Part shown: positions 1-8,928 of the stretch, piece after piece
Position numbering within the stretch: position 1 is the stretch's first letter
Layout: each line of letters opens with the position of its first letter
Notes under the pieces: generated by a model
The model's input: the letters and a program-made list of their open reading frames with translations, nothing else
What the model was told of the DNA's origin: nothing
The model's database searches: none
From: Vulcanimicrobiota bacterium
GTDB lineage: Bacteria > Vulcanimicrobiota > Vulcanimicrobiia > Vulcanimicrobiales > Vulcanimicrobiaceae
Reading direction: 5' to 3'
Length of the DNA: 64,000 bases
Assembly: GCA_963715815.1 (NCBI GenBank)
Contig: OY970278.1
Coordinates: 2,460,569 to 2,524,568 of the forward strand
Made by a program: the position numbers and the translations under genes

Positions 1-610
1 GGAACGGGTGCAACAAAACCGCGCCGGCCGAAATTACGACGGCGGCGCCGACGACCGGTGCTGCGACGCGCCAATCGGAATCGATCAATCGCAAGATCGA
101 GATGACCAACATCAGGATCAACGCGACCGTAATCGCCGAAACCACATACGAGCGGGGTATGTTGAGGGCCGGTGTTAGATCGATCGTTTCTTGGACGATG
201 AACGAATAGCTCGACGGCATGAGCTCGATCGCGAACAGCGAGACGACAACGGCCGTGATCGCATCGAATATCTGCTGCTGCCGCCGCGGACGCTTTCGGT
301 AAAGTGCCGTCAGTCGCATGTGCTCGCCGCGGCGGTACGCGATGACCGCGCCCATCATGGCAAGCCACAGAAAGAGAATCGTCGCGAGCTCGTCCGTCCA
401 CACGATCGCGTTGTGCAGCACATAGCGTGAGAACACGCCGCTCGCCAAGATCGCGACTTCGACGACGAGGATGACGGATGCGGCCGGTTCGAGTACCGCG
501 CCGATCGCACGATCGATCGCGACGGTCCAGGGTCGCCACAAACCGCTTACGGTCGGGACGATCCCTTCGACGGCTTCGAACGAAGCGGCCGCGTCCGCGC
601 GATCGGCCAT
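1..610 (-). CDS. dctQ: TRAP transporter small permease (DctQ-like); only the 5' part is in the window
   Basis: Absent from the ORF track because there is no stop in the window. A reverse-strand ATG at 610..608 directly follows the dctP stop (TAG then ATG). My translation MADRADAAASFEAVEGIVPTVSGLWRPW...VLHNAIVWTDELATILFLWLAMMGAVIAYRRGEHMRLTAL carries the DctQ-style WxDE...G..R..H core and stays open to position 1. Confidence 0.75.
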   Translation of the reverse strand, partial: MADRADAAASFEAVEGIVPTVSGLWRPWTVAIDRAIGAVLEPAASVILVVEVAILASGVFSRYVLHNAIVWTDELATILFLWLAMMGAVIAYRRGEHMRLTALYRKRPRRQQQIFDAITAVVVSLFAIELMPSSYSFIVQETIDLTPALNIPRSYVVSAITVALILMLVISILRLIDSDWRVAAPVVGAAVVISAGAVLLHPF

Positions 611-1615
611 CTAGCCGAGTTTACCGCTGTATCGTTCGAGCAAGCTCCACGCGGTATCTCCGAATTCGGTATGATATTCGTGGTAGAAACCGCCGAGCTT
701 CCCGCGGAAAGTCGAGACGTCGGCGTTGTTAACGGCCATTCCCTCGCGATGCAACTTGTCGATCAACGTGTCGTTGAGAAGTTGCACATCGCGCCGCTGC
801 AACAGTGCGTACTTGCGCGAATTACGCGTGACGACGGCCTGGATGTCGGACGGAAGCGCATTCCACGCGTCCATGTTCCCAAGCAAGTGAAAGGCCGACC
901 ACATGTGATTCGTAATGCTCAGGTATTTCTGCACTTCGTACAGCCGAGCCGTTTGCAGAATTGCCGGCGGGTTTTCTTGACCGTCGAAGATGTGCGTTTG
1001 CAGCGCCGTGTAGACTTCGTTGAAATTCAAAGGACTCGGCGACGCACCGAGCGCCTTGAACAGATCGACCCACAATTTTCCGGCGGGTGTGCGAATCTTG
1101 AAGTTGACGAGATCGTCGGCGGTGCGAATCGGACCTTTGCTCGACGTAATGTCGCGCATCCCATTGTCCCACATCCGGTCGAACACCCAGAGGCCCTTGG
1201 CCTTGATATCGCTGCGAACGTAATCACCGAGCGCTCCGTCCATCGCACGGAACGCGTCGGCAGAATTACGAAATGCAAAACCAACCGCCTGGATTGCCGC
1301 GACCGGTACGACCGATTGCAAAATGCCGCCATCGAGCGTGAAGAATTGCAATGCGCCCGAACGCAGCTGCGTGAGCATCGCCGTATCACCGCCAAGTTGA
1401 TTGTTCGGAAAATTCTGGACCTCGAGACGGCCGCCAGACTCGTCTTTGACGGCTTTCCACATCTCAACCATGCGGACGTTGAGCGGGTGCGAGACGTCGA
1501 TATTACTTGCGTACTTATATGCGAATTGCGCCGCTCGTGCGCGCGAACGCACAATGCCGACCGAAGCAAACGTTGCGGCCGCTCCCGCGGCAAACGTGCG
1601 TCGAGTGTGGGTCAT
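611..1615 (-). CDS. dctP: TRAP transporter substrate-binding protein (DctP family) with a Tat-like signal
   Basis: 334-aa ORF. N-terminus is THTRRTFAAGAAATFASVG. The body (NFPNNQLGGDTAMLTQLRSGALQFFTLDGG, FKIRTPAGKLWVDLFKALGASP) is typical of DctP solute receptors. It is followed by dctQ. Confidence 0.9.
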   Translation of the reverse strand: MTHTRRTFAAGAAATFASVGIVRSRARAAQFAYKYASNIDVSHPLNVRMVEMWKAVKDESGGRLEVQNFPNNQLGGDTAMLTQLRSGALQFFTLDGGILQSVVPVAAIQAVGFAFRNSADAFRAMDGALGDYVRSDIKAKGLWVFDRMWDNGMRDITSSKGPIRTADDLVNFKIRTPAGKLWVDLFKALGASPSPLNFNEVYTALQTHIFDGQENPPAILQTARLYEVQKYLSITNHMWSAFHLLGNMDAWNALPSDIQAVVTRNSRKYALLQRRDVQLLNDTLIDKLHREGMAVNNADVSTFRGKLGGFYHEYHTEFGDTAWSLLERYSGKLG

Positions 1616-1632
1616 GGGGTTCCCTTCCGCGT

Positions 1633-2331
1633 TTACACGCCGAGATGCTTCTTGAGGAATTCGGGGTCGGCTTTTATCTCGCTGGCCGGCCCCTCGTGAA
1701 CGATATGGCCGTTGTTGAGAAAGTAGGCTCGGTGCGCCAAGCCCAGCGTCGCCGCAAGATTCTGCTCGACCAGCACGATTGTCTGCCCTTCATCTGCGAG
1801 CTTGCGGCAAACCGCAATCAGATCGTGTACGATCACCGGGGCCAACCCCTCGAAAGGCTCATCCAGCAAAATGAGCTTTGGACTGCGAATCAGCGCGCGC
1901 GCGATCGAAAGCATTTGCTGCTCGCCGCCCGATAGATCGGTGCCGCGGCTTCGTCGACGTTCGGCAAGACGCGGAAACATGTCGTAGATGCGCTCGAGTG
2001 TCCAGGCCTGGGGTGCGCTAAAGGTCGCCAGCTTCAAGTTCTCCTCGACGTCGAGGGAGCCGAACACGCGCCGATCCTCGGGCACGAGCTGCATGCCCGC
2101 TTGAGCGATAGCGTGCGCAGGCTTGCCCGCAATCTCTTCGCCGTCGAATACGATCGAGCCCGAGCGAGGCCGGACGAGTCCGATCAGGCTTTTCAACGTC
2201 GTACTCTTGCCGGCACCATTGCGACCGAGTAACGCGACGACTTCGTGCGCTTCGACGCGAAGCGTAACGTCGAACAAAATGTGCGAGTCGCCGTAATAGC
2301 TGTTCAGCGATTTGACTTCGAGCAGGCTCAC
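1633..2331 (-). CDS. livF: Branched-chain amino acid ABC transporter ATP-binding protein (LivF type)
   Basis: 232 aa with Walker A GRNGAGKSTT, signature LSGGEQQML and Walker B LILLDEP. It is the last gene of the liv-like operon. Confidence 0.9.
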   Translation of the reverse strand: MSLLEVKSLNSYYGDSHILFDVTLRVEAHEVVALLGRNGAGKSTTLKSLIGLVRPRSGSIVFDGEEIAGKPAHAIAQAGMQLVPEDRRVFGSLDVEENLKLATFSAPQAWTLERIYDMFPRLAERRRSRGTDLSGGEQQMLSIARALIRSPKLILLDEPFEGLAPVIVHDLIAVCRKLADEGQTIVLVEQNLAATLGLAHRAYFLNNGHIVHEGPASEIKADPEFLKKHLGV

Positions 2332-4157
2332 ACTGCCTCGCTTACGCCAAGATAGGCTTCTTGAACCGCACTGTTTCGTCTGATCTCTTCGGGCGTGCCC
2401 TCCACCAGCACGCGGCCGCGCACCAGCACCGTGATGGTTTGTGCCAGCTCAAAGATGGCATCCATGTCGTGATCGATGACGATCATGGTACGGCCGGCGT
2501 TGAGCGATTTCATCAGCTCGACCGTCTGAATGCGTTCGCGTGGGCTCATCCCCGCAAGCGGCTCGTCGAGCAGCAAGAGCTTGGGCGACGTCGCCAATGC
2601 CAAGCCGATCTCGAGGCGCCGTTTTTCGCCGTAGGCCAGCTCCGAAACGGGAAACGATGCGCGCTCGGTAAGCTGCACCAGTTCCAGCGTCTCTTCCACG
2701 CGCTCCCGCAATCCGCGCACGCTGCGAAGGCTGCGCAGGAAATCCATGCGGAACGGTCCGCGCTCGGAGAGCGCGGCGACGGTGATGTTCTCGCGCACCG
2801 TGAGCCGGTTGAACAGCTGGTTGACTTGATAGCTCTTGGTGAGGCCGAGCTGGCAGACCCGCGTGATATTGAATCCGGTAATATCTCGATCATCAAAGCG
2901 AATCGCACCAGACGTCGGCGCAACTTCGCAGGTCAACATCTTGAAGAACGTCGACTTGCCGGCGCCGTTCGGACCAATGATGCCGCGCAGCTCGCCGCGT
3001 TGCACGGCGAAATCGATTTGATCGTTGGCGAGAATCCCACCGTAGCGCTTGGTGAGACCGTCGGCCCTTAAGATCGTGTCATTGGGGTCCGATGACGGAC
3101 GCTGCGCCGCGGGCACGAACTGAACGACCGGCGCACTTGCAACCGGAGTCGGATCGGGCTCGGCAGCTTCTTGAGGTTTGCTGCGCGATCCAGATGTAGC
3201 AAGCCGCCAGAGATCGGCCAGTGCACCAACGATGCCGTGACGCAGGAACCAAACGAGTAACACGAAGATGACGCCGAGCACCAGTTTCCAGGCTGCACCC
3301 AAATGCAGCGTCGTCTGGAGAAAGTCGCTCAGATAGAGCCAAACCGCCGCGCCGACTAACGGTCCGACGAGCGTGCCGGCTCCGCCTATAGCGGTTTGCA
3401 TTACCAGCTGGCCCGAGGTATCGAATGCGAATGCATCCGGCGGCATGAAGCCCTGCATCAAGCCGAGCAGACCGCCGGCAAAGCCGGCATATGCCGCGGC
3501 AATTATAAAAGCGGCGAGCTTGTATCCGTGAATGTTGTGCCCGACGGCAGCGGCGCGTAAGGGATTTTCGCGGATCGCGCTCAGGATGGCGCCGCCCGGT
3601 GAGCGGATGATGCGCAGCGCAATCACCATGCCGATGAAATACCACGCTGCGAGGTACCAATAAACGAGGAAATCGTTCTGAAAGTTGATCGTTGTAAAGC
3701 CAAGCGATAAGCTCGGCGATGGGACGCCCGGCAATCCATTCTCGCCGCCGGTAAAGCGCGAAAGCGGATTGAACTCGACGAAATAAAAAACTTCCGCAAT
3801 CGCTACCGTGATCATGGCGAAATAGATACCGGTGCGCCGGAGTGCGAGCAATCCGACCAGATAACCAACGCCGGCCGCTGCGATCATGCCGATAAACACG
3901 GCAGCCGTGACGTTCGGAAAGTTCATTACGGTCAGCAGATACGCCGCAATCATACCGCCGGTACCGAAAAACGCCGATTGGCCGAACGAGAGCAGACCGC
4001 TGAATCCAAACAAAATGTCGAAGCCGATTCCGAACAAGCCCCAGACCAAGATGCGATTGATCGTGGTCGATGTAAATCCGAGATGCGGCAATACGAATGG
4101 CGTTGCAATCAACGCCAACAGAGTCAACCCTTCGACGAGAAAGGGACGTTGTCTCAT
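2328..4157 (-). CDS. Fused LivM-type permease and LivG-type ATPase
   Basis: 609 aa. The N-terminal ~330 aa are polytopic membrane protein. The C-terminal ~250 aa have GPNGAGKSTFF, LAYGEKRRLEIG and LLLLDEP. 4-nt overlaps with both neighbours. Confidence 0.9.
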   Translation of the reverse strand: MRQRPFLVEGLTLLALIATPFVLPHLGFTSTTINRILVWGLFGIGFDILFGFSGLLSFGQSAFFGTGGMIAAYLLTVMNFPNVTAAVFIGMIAAAGVGYLVGLLALRRTGIYFAMITVAIAEVFYFVEFNPLSRFTGGENGLPGVPSPSLSLGFTTINFQNDFLVYWYLAAWYFIGMVIALRIIRSPGGAILSAIRENPLRAAAVGHNIHGYKLAAFIIAAAYAGFAGGLLGLMQGFMPPDAFAFDTSGQLVMQTAIGGAGTLVGPLVGAAVWLYLSDFLQTTLHLGAAWKLVLGVIFVLLVWFLRHGIVGALADLWRLATSGSRSKPQEAAEPDPTPVASAPVVQFVPAAQRPSSDPNDTILRADGLTKRYGGILANDQIDFAVQRGELRGIIGPNGAGKSTFFKMLTCEVAPTSGAIRFDDRDITGFNITRVCQLGLTKSYQVNQLFNRLTVRENITVAALSERGPFRMDFLRSLRSVRGLRERVEETLELVQLTERASFPVSELAYGEKRRLEIGLALATSPKLLLLDEPLAGMSPRERIQTVELMKSLNAGRTMIVIDHDMDAIFELAQTITVLVRGRVLVEGTPEEIRRNSAVQEAYLGVSEAV

Positions 4158-5029
4158 TCGCGGCCTGCCGTGCCGAGCAAGCCGTAAGGTCGCAACACCA
4201 AGACTAGCGTCATCGCCACGAAGAGCATCACGTACGAATAGCCCGGATTAAACACGGACGTGATACTGATGATCTCTCCCGCGATCAATCCACCCAGTAT
4301 GGCGCCGGGGAATGAGCCGACGCCTCCGATGACGATCACAACGAAGGTCTGTACAAGAATGGCCTCGCCGACATCGGGCGAGATCGACACCACCGGCGCG
4401 TTGACGATTCCGGCGAAGCCCGCGGCCATCGCGCCAATTCCGAATACCAGCATGAATGCGCGGTAGACGTTGATTCCAAGCGCATCGACCATCGCGGAAT
4501 CCTCGATACCTGCTCGCACGATCATGCCGATGCGCGTGCGATAGAGAACGACGTAGAGCGCGAATAGTGCAACCGCGACGATCGCAACTACCACGAGGCG
4601 ATAGGTCGGATAAAACATGAAGCCGAGGTTGGTGGTCCCGTTCAACCACACCGGAAGCCTGGTCGTCTTCGAGAGACTGCCGAAAATGAAGCGCACAACT
4701 TCGACAAAGACGATCCCGAGACCGAACGTGACGAGCAGCTGATCCTCGGGCGGCCGTGCATAGAAATAGCGGATGATGAGCCGCTCCGTCAGCACTCCAA
4801 GAATCAAACCAAACAGCGCCCCGGCGACGATCGCTATGAAGAAGTTGCCCGTGTGTTGATAGGCGAGCCAGCCCGCGTAGCCGCCGAGCATGAACATTGC
4901 GCCGTGCGCGAGATTGAGGACGCCGAGTGTACCGTAGATGATGGTTAGGCCGGATGCGATCAACGCCAACAACGCGCCGAGAGCCAGCCCATTGAACATC
5001 TGCGAGACGAGATCAGCCCAGTTGATCAC
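4154..5029 (-). CDS. livH: Branched-chain amino acid ABC transporter permease (LivH type)
   Basis: 291-aa hydrophobic ORF (GLALGALLALIASGLTIIYGTLGVLNLAHGAMFMLGGY), typical of LivH. Confidence 0.9.
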   Translation of the reverse strand: MINWADLVSQMFNGLALGALLALIASGLTIIYGTLGVLNLAHGAMFMLGGYAGWLAYQHTGNFFIAIVAGALFGLILGVLTERLIIRYFYARPPEDQLLVTFGLGIVFVEVVRFIFGSLSKTTRLPVWLNGTTNLGFMFYPTYRLVVVAIVAVALFALYVVLYRTRIGMIVRAGIEDSAMVDALGINVYRAFMLVFGIGAMAAGFAGIVNAPVVSISPDVGEAILVQTFVVIVIGGVGSFPGAILGGLIAGEIISITSVFNPGYSYVMLFVAMTLVLVLRPYGLLGTAGRE

Positions 5030-5057
5030 AAACGATCCAACGCGCCGAAATTAGAAA

Positions 5058-5087
5058 AGCGTGGTCCGCACCGATGCGGACCACGCT
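5058..5087 (-). terminator. Intra-operon hairpin between the SBP gene and the permease genes (possible partial terminator or mRNA stabiliser)
   Basis: Perfect 13-bp stem agcgtggtccgca / tgcggaccacgct with loop ccga. An A-run lies on one side and a T-run on the other, so each strand reads hairpin followed by a U-rich tract. Confidence 0.4.
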
Positions 5088-5104
5088 CGTTTTTATACTG
5101 TGGA

Positions 5105-6454
5105 TCAGGCGTAGTCGCCGAGGCTGCAGCCGAACGCGTCGGGCTTCTGCATCAGCGGCTCGCCGGGGACGACCTCGAGAACTTCCCAGAAGTCCTCTTT
5201 GTTCTTCATCGCACTCGGCTTCTTGCCGCGCACGATGACGACCGGACGAACCAATTGGTGATCAGCGGCGCGGAAATGCACGTCGCCCACCATCGACGGG
5301 AAGGTTTCGCCCTTCTCGTACTGTTTGATGACGTCGGGCGGATAGAAGGTGCCTGCCTGCGAGACCATGCGCGCCCAGATCGCGAACTGCATGTATCCGT
5401 TTTCGGCGCCCCACTCCGGACGGGAACCGTACTTTGCATTGAACGACTCGACGAACATCTTCGCTAGCGGATACTTGTCCTGGAGCGTCCACCAGAAATC
5501 GGTCGCCGCCAAAACGCCTTCAGTCAGCTCCGGTCCCACCTGCGGGGCGAGGAACGGAATCTGATAAGGAATGATCAGCTGCATCTTTGGAATGAGACCG
5601 AACTGCTTGGCCTGCTGAATCGACAGCACGGCATCACGGCCCCAGTTGACGTTGATTATGAACTCAGCGCCTGAATGCGCGATGTTGGTCAGGTACTGGC
5701 TGAAGTCCTGAGTGCCGAGCGGCGACACTTGATCGGTTACCTGCTGCCAGCCCGCGTTCTGGCTGAGATAATCGTTCACCGACTTCGTCACGGTGTGACC
5801 GTAGGTGTAGTCCGGTGTCATGAACGCGGCTTTCCGATTCTTGCCAAAGTTCTTGACGAGCACCGGACCGATCGCGTTTGCTGCCGTCTCGCCGTAGAAG
5901 CACTGGCGGAATGAGTAGCGCGCGCAATCTTTGCCCGTTGTATCGTTTGAGCCCGAAATCGCGACGAGATAGACTACCTTCTCACGCTGCGCGAACTTAT
6001 TGAGCGCCACAGCGACCGCCGATGATGTCGAGCCCGTCATCGCGATGATCTTGTTGTCCGTGATGAATTTCTGTTGTTCTTGAACTGCGTCGTTCGGCTT
6101 GGCGCCGGAATCGGCAACGACCAGCGCCACTGTCTTGCCGAGAACGCCCTTCGTAACTTTGGGCGCTATCTTTCTGATCAGCGGATCACCGTTGTTGATG
6201 TGCTCGATGGCGAGCTGCATGCCTTTGAGCTCATCCTCGCCCTGCACGGCATACGCACCGGTACGCGGCACGGCTGCACCGATTGTAACCGTACTGCCGT
6301 TTGCGCCTTCCGGCCACGTGCCTAGAGGCGCTTCGCCGGCTGCGCCGACCATCGCCCACGGCCATAATGTCGCCCCTGCGATCCCGGCCCCGCCGGCAAG
6401 TATCGCTCGACGCGACATGCCCGCACTCAGCGAGCCTTCGATTTTTTCTGACAC
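5105..6454 (-). CDS. ABC transporter substrate-binding protein (Liv/amide-binding family) with a Tat-like signal
   Basis: 449 aa. N-terminus is MSRRAILAGGAGIAGATLWPW. Type-I periplasmic binding fold features are present (TIGAAVPRTGAYAVQGEDELKGMQLAIEHIN). First gene of the liv-like operon. Confidence 0.85.
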   Translation of the reverse strand: MSEKIEGSLSAGMSRRAILAGGAGIAGATLWPWAMVGAAGEAPLGTWPEGANGSTVTIGAAVPRTGAYAVQGEDELKGMQLAIEHINNGDPLIRKIAPKVTKGVLGKTVALVVADSGAKPNDAVQEQQKFITDNKIIAMTGSTSSAVAVALNKFAQREKVVYLVAISGSNDTTGKDCARYSFRQCFYGETAANAIGPVLVKNFGKNRKAAFMTPDYTYGHTVTKSVNDYLSQNAGWQQVTDQVSPLGTQDFSQYLTNIAHSGAEFIINVNWGRDAVLSIQQAKQFGLIPKMQLIIPYQIPFLAPQVGPELTEGVLAATDFWWTLQDKYPLAKMFVESFNAKYGSRPEWGAENGYMQFAIWARMVSQAGTFYPPDVIKQYEKGETFPSMVGDVHFRAADHQLVRPVVIVRGKKPSAMKNKEDFWEVLEVVPGEPLMQKPDAFGCSLGDYA

Positions 6455-6580
6455 GAAATGCCCCTCGATTCTACTTGAAACAGCGGAGTCGTCTGCGGAT
6501 TGTTCTCACATCCGCCGTCCCCCTTGTTCCACGAGGGTCCAGGCCTCGGGCTCCTGCCCGCCCGAGGCCCGATTTAAGGG

Positions 6581-7006
6581 CTAGCTGCCGCTACCAATTA
6601 CTCCGCAGCCGATCGAAGGCGAACCGATCGTGATCGCGTGCGCCAAAATGGGATTTGCACCCGCCACGTTGACCGACGGCAGATATGCGGTCACGGCACC
6701 GTTGCCGCGCGAGTCAACGAAAAGTTCAGGCAGCGCGGCGATCATGTCACCGTTTGCCGGGCAGGCCGTAGCATTGCTGATCGTCATGTCGTAAACACCG
6801 GGCGTCAGACCGGTCGTGGTCAGTACCATCTCGATCCCACCGGCGTTTTGCGGGACGAAGTTGACGCTGCCGACTTGTTGTCCGACAGCGTTGAAGATGG
6901 GCGCGACGTAATGCTCTTGCGGCGTCGCGAGGGCGAGCTGCGCTGTAAATAGGAAAGCCGCGGCCGCGACGGCCGTTATTCCGATTAGGCGAAGGTGAGT
7001 AACCAT
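6581..7006 (-). CDS. Small secreted hypothetical protein
   Basis: 141 aa with a clear signal peptide (LIGITAVAAAAFLFTAQLALATP) and a beta-rich G/V/T/N composition. I recognise no catalytic motif. Confidence 0.6.
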   Translation of the reverse strand: MVTHLRLIGITAVAAAAFLFTAQLALATPQEHYVAPIFNAVGQQVGSVNFVPQNAGGIEMVLTTTGLTPGVYDMTISNATACPANGDMIAALPELFVDSRGNGAVTAYLPSVNVAGANPILAHAITIGSPSIGCGVIGSGS

Positions 7007-7048
7007 GCGACGGTTTTACCCGTCTTTTCAGGTTGCACGCTCGGTCGC

Positions 7049-7825
7049 TTAGCGGGCGGTCGTGCCTCCGACTGGTATGACCTCACGCTGCGTTATCCGT
7101 GAGCTCGAGCCGTCGACGACGAACGTTCCAAAATACTCGCCGCGCGAAGTACGGAACTCAACTTGAACGTTTGTCCCGCCGCCTGGCGAGCGGCTAGTCG
7201 TCATCGATGTGATGCGCATGGTTGGATCGAGGAACTGCGCCTCGCCGAGCGGCGTCGACGATCCGCCCAGAGTCCCATACGCCGTCGCGTCGTCGCCGTG
7301 CGCAACCGCTTCCAGGAATTTGCGAACTAACGCTTCAGCCGGCGACGATTGCGCAGCGACGGGGGCTGCGGTCGGAGCCACCGTAGGCGCCGGCGTTCGC
7401 GCCGGCGTCGCGGTCGTGGTAGATACGGGCGCCGGCGTTGCAGTCTTTGCAACACTCGCCGCTGCCGTCGGTGTCGGCGACGGTGTCGCGGTTGGTTTCG
7501 AAGTCACTGTCGCAGTCGCGGTAGCAGTCGACGCCGGCTTCGACGATGTCGATGGTTTCGCCGACGGCGCGGGCGTCGTCGTCACCGCCACTGTGGCAAT
7601 CGGCGTCGGCGTGTGCATCACGACAAGCGGCGTGCGGCTTTGCGCCGGCGCGGGTACGTGTCGTGCAGCGAACGCAGAAAGGAGCGCGCCGATTCCCAAA
7701 CCCGCGATGATAACGCCCGCAAAAAGCGGCACCATCGGTAAGCCGCCCCGGTCTTCGTCGTCACTCGAAGAACGGCGTCGTCGCGGTGGACCTGATCCGG
7801 AACTCATGTTCTCGCAGCGTTCCAC
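7049..7825 (-). CDS. Single-pass membrane protein with a long Pro/Thr/Ala linker and a small C-terminal domain
   Basis: 258 aa with one TM segment (MVPLFAGVIIAGLGIGALLSAFAA), ~110 aa of PT/A-rich low complexity, then a ~95-aa globular tail. The start is uncertain (GTG 7825, ATG 7807). Confidence 0.6.
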   Translation of the reverse strand: MERCENMSSGSGPPRRRRSSSDDEDRGGLPMVPLFAGVIIAGLGIGALLSAFAARHVPAPAQSRTPLVVMHTPTPIATVAVTTTPAPSAKPSTSSKPASTATATATVTSKPTATPSPTPTAAASVAKTATPAPVSTTTATPARTPAPTVAPTAAPVAAQSSPAEALVRKFLEAVAHGDDATAYGTLGGSSTPLGEAQFLDPTMRITSMTTSRSPGGGTNVQVEFRTSRGEYFGTFVVDGSSSRITQREVIPVGGTTAR

Positions 7826-7882
7826 GCGCGGAGGTCTCGCCCTGGATGGGCGAACGCACGGCGAAGCGAATCCAAAGGCAGC

Positions 7883-8197
7883 ATGATTCGGGTACAGGTG
7901 CCGATAGATCTGGGGACCGCTATCACGGCGGGCGCTTCGGTCTTTGCGCTTGTCACGCCGATTCGCGTTGCTACATTGCTCGAGCTCGCGATCGAACGAA
8001 CGCTCGGGCGGCGCGCACCGGCTGATAGATGCGCACGCGTCTTCAATACGACGCTGGCGGGATTGCGAGCCGGCTCGTTCTCACTCGATATCGACGGTCG
8101 CCGGATTTGTGATCCCGACGACGTCGTTGTCTGCAGCGGCGGTTCCGCGACCTTGCGCTTTTTCGCGCACCGTTCCGTTATTACGTCGATCGATTGA
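7883..8197 (+). CDS. Hypothetical protein
   Basis: 104-aa ORF whose TGA overlaps the TTG start of the next gene (TTGA), suggesting translational coupling. No recognisable motif. Confidence 0.35.
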   Translation: MIRVQVPIDLGTAITAGASVFALVTPIRVATLLELAIERTLGRRAPADRCARVFNTTLAGLRAGSFSLDIDGRRICDPDDVVVCSGGSATLRFFAHRSVITSID

Positions 8198-8928
8198 TTC
8201 TGGACGAGAATCGTAAACCACGTTCCGAACGGTTCGTGGCGATTGTTGACGCCGCACTCGAAGCCTGGGGCGCGCGCTGGCCGCTCTATATTGCGATCGC
8301 GGCCGCTTGCGTCGGTATTCAAATCGCAGTCGCATATATTTCGCGGTTCGACCCGCTGGCGACGTTCATCGCAAACTGCCTCGTCGACGGCTATGCGACG
8401 GCGTTTTTTACAATCGCGATCGCCGCACATCGGCAAGAGGTCAAAGCACCCACGGGCGAGATCGCGCGCGCTGCACTCGCACGTTACCCGGTCGTCTTGT
8501 TCGTCTACTTTGGAATTCAAGTCGTCATGTGGGCGTTTCTGCCCTGGATTTTCGGGACGGCCGAAGAGATGGCGTACGGCCTCGGAGTCCTTCCGACCCT
8601 GCTCGTTTACGCGATGATGTATATCGCGACCGTCATTGCAACGCTCGACACGAAGCGGCCGGCATACGCGCAACCCGGCTTTGCGATCTTGCGCAGCCTG
8701 ATGTTCGCGCGGTCTTGGGCGAATATCTGGCGTTTGATGATCGGCGGCGCAATCATCGTTATCCCTATCATGCTGCAATGGTTGCTCGAGCAGTATCTCG
8801 CGCATCACGGTATGCCGGCGGCGCAGAATGCGTTCTGGTCGAACACGCCGATCGATGCGCTCGTGCTCGGACCGACGCAGGCGTTCTTCACGTACCTCTA
8901 TATGGACTTGGTCGCGCGCGAGAGTTAG
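8194..8928 (+). CDS. Polytopic membrane protein of unknown function
   Basis: 244 aa with about six hydrophobic segments (e.g. WPLYIAIAAACVGIQIAVAYI, YPVVLFVYFGIQVVMWAFLPWIF). Confidence 0.6.
   Translation: MILDENRKPRSERFVAIVDAALEAWGARWPLYIAIAAACVGIQIAVAYISRFDPLATFIANCLVDGYATAFFTIAIAAHRQEVKAPTGEIARAALARYPVVLFVYFGIQVVMWAFLPWIFGTAEEMAYGLGVLPTLLVYAMMYIATVIATLDTKRPAYAQPGFAILRSLMFARSWANIWRLMIGGAIIVIPIMLQWLLEQYLAHHGMPAAQNAFWSNTPIDALVLGPTQAFFTYLYMDLVARES

Noticed and set aside
671-1699. 342-aa plus-strand ORF, plus other long antisense ORFs such as 14124..15116, 42768..43481 and 54978..55724
   Set aside because: All lie opposite or out of frame to genes with clear family signatures, and all have the Arg/Ala/Pro-rich composition expected of non-coding frames in GC-rich DNA.
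2328-4157. LivM-LivG permease-ATPase fusion as a novelty
   Set aside because: As far as I recall, fused permease/ATP-binding proteins are routinely annotated in branched-chain amino acid ABC systems. It is noted in the features but is not unusual.
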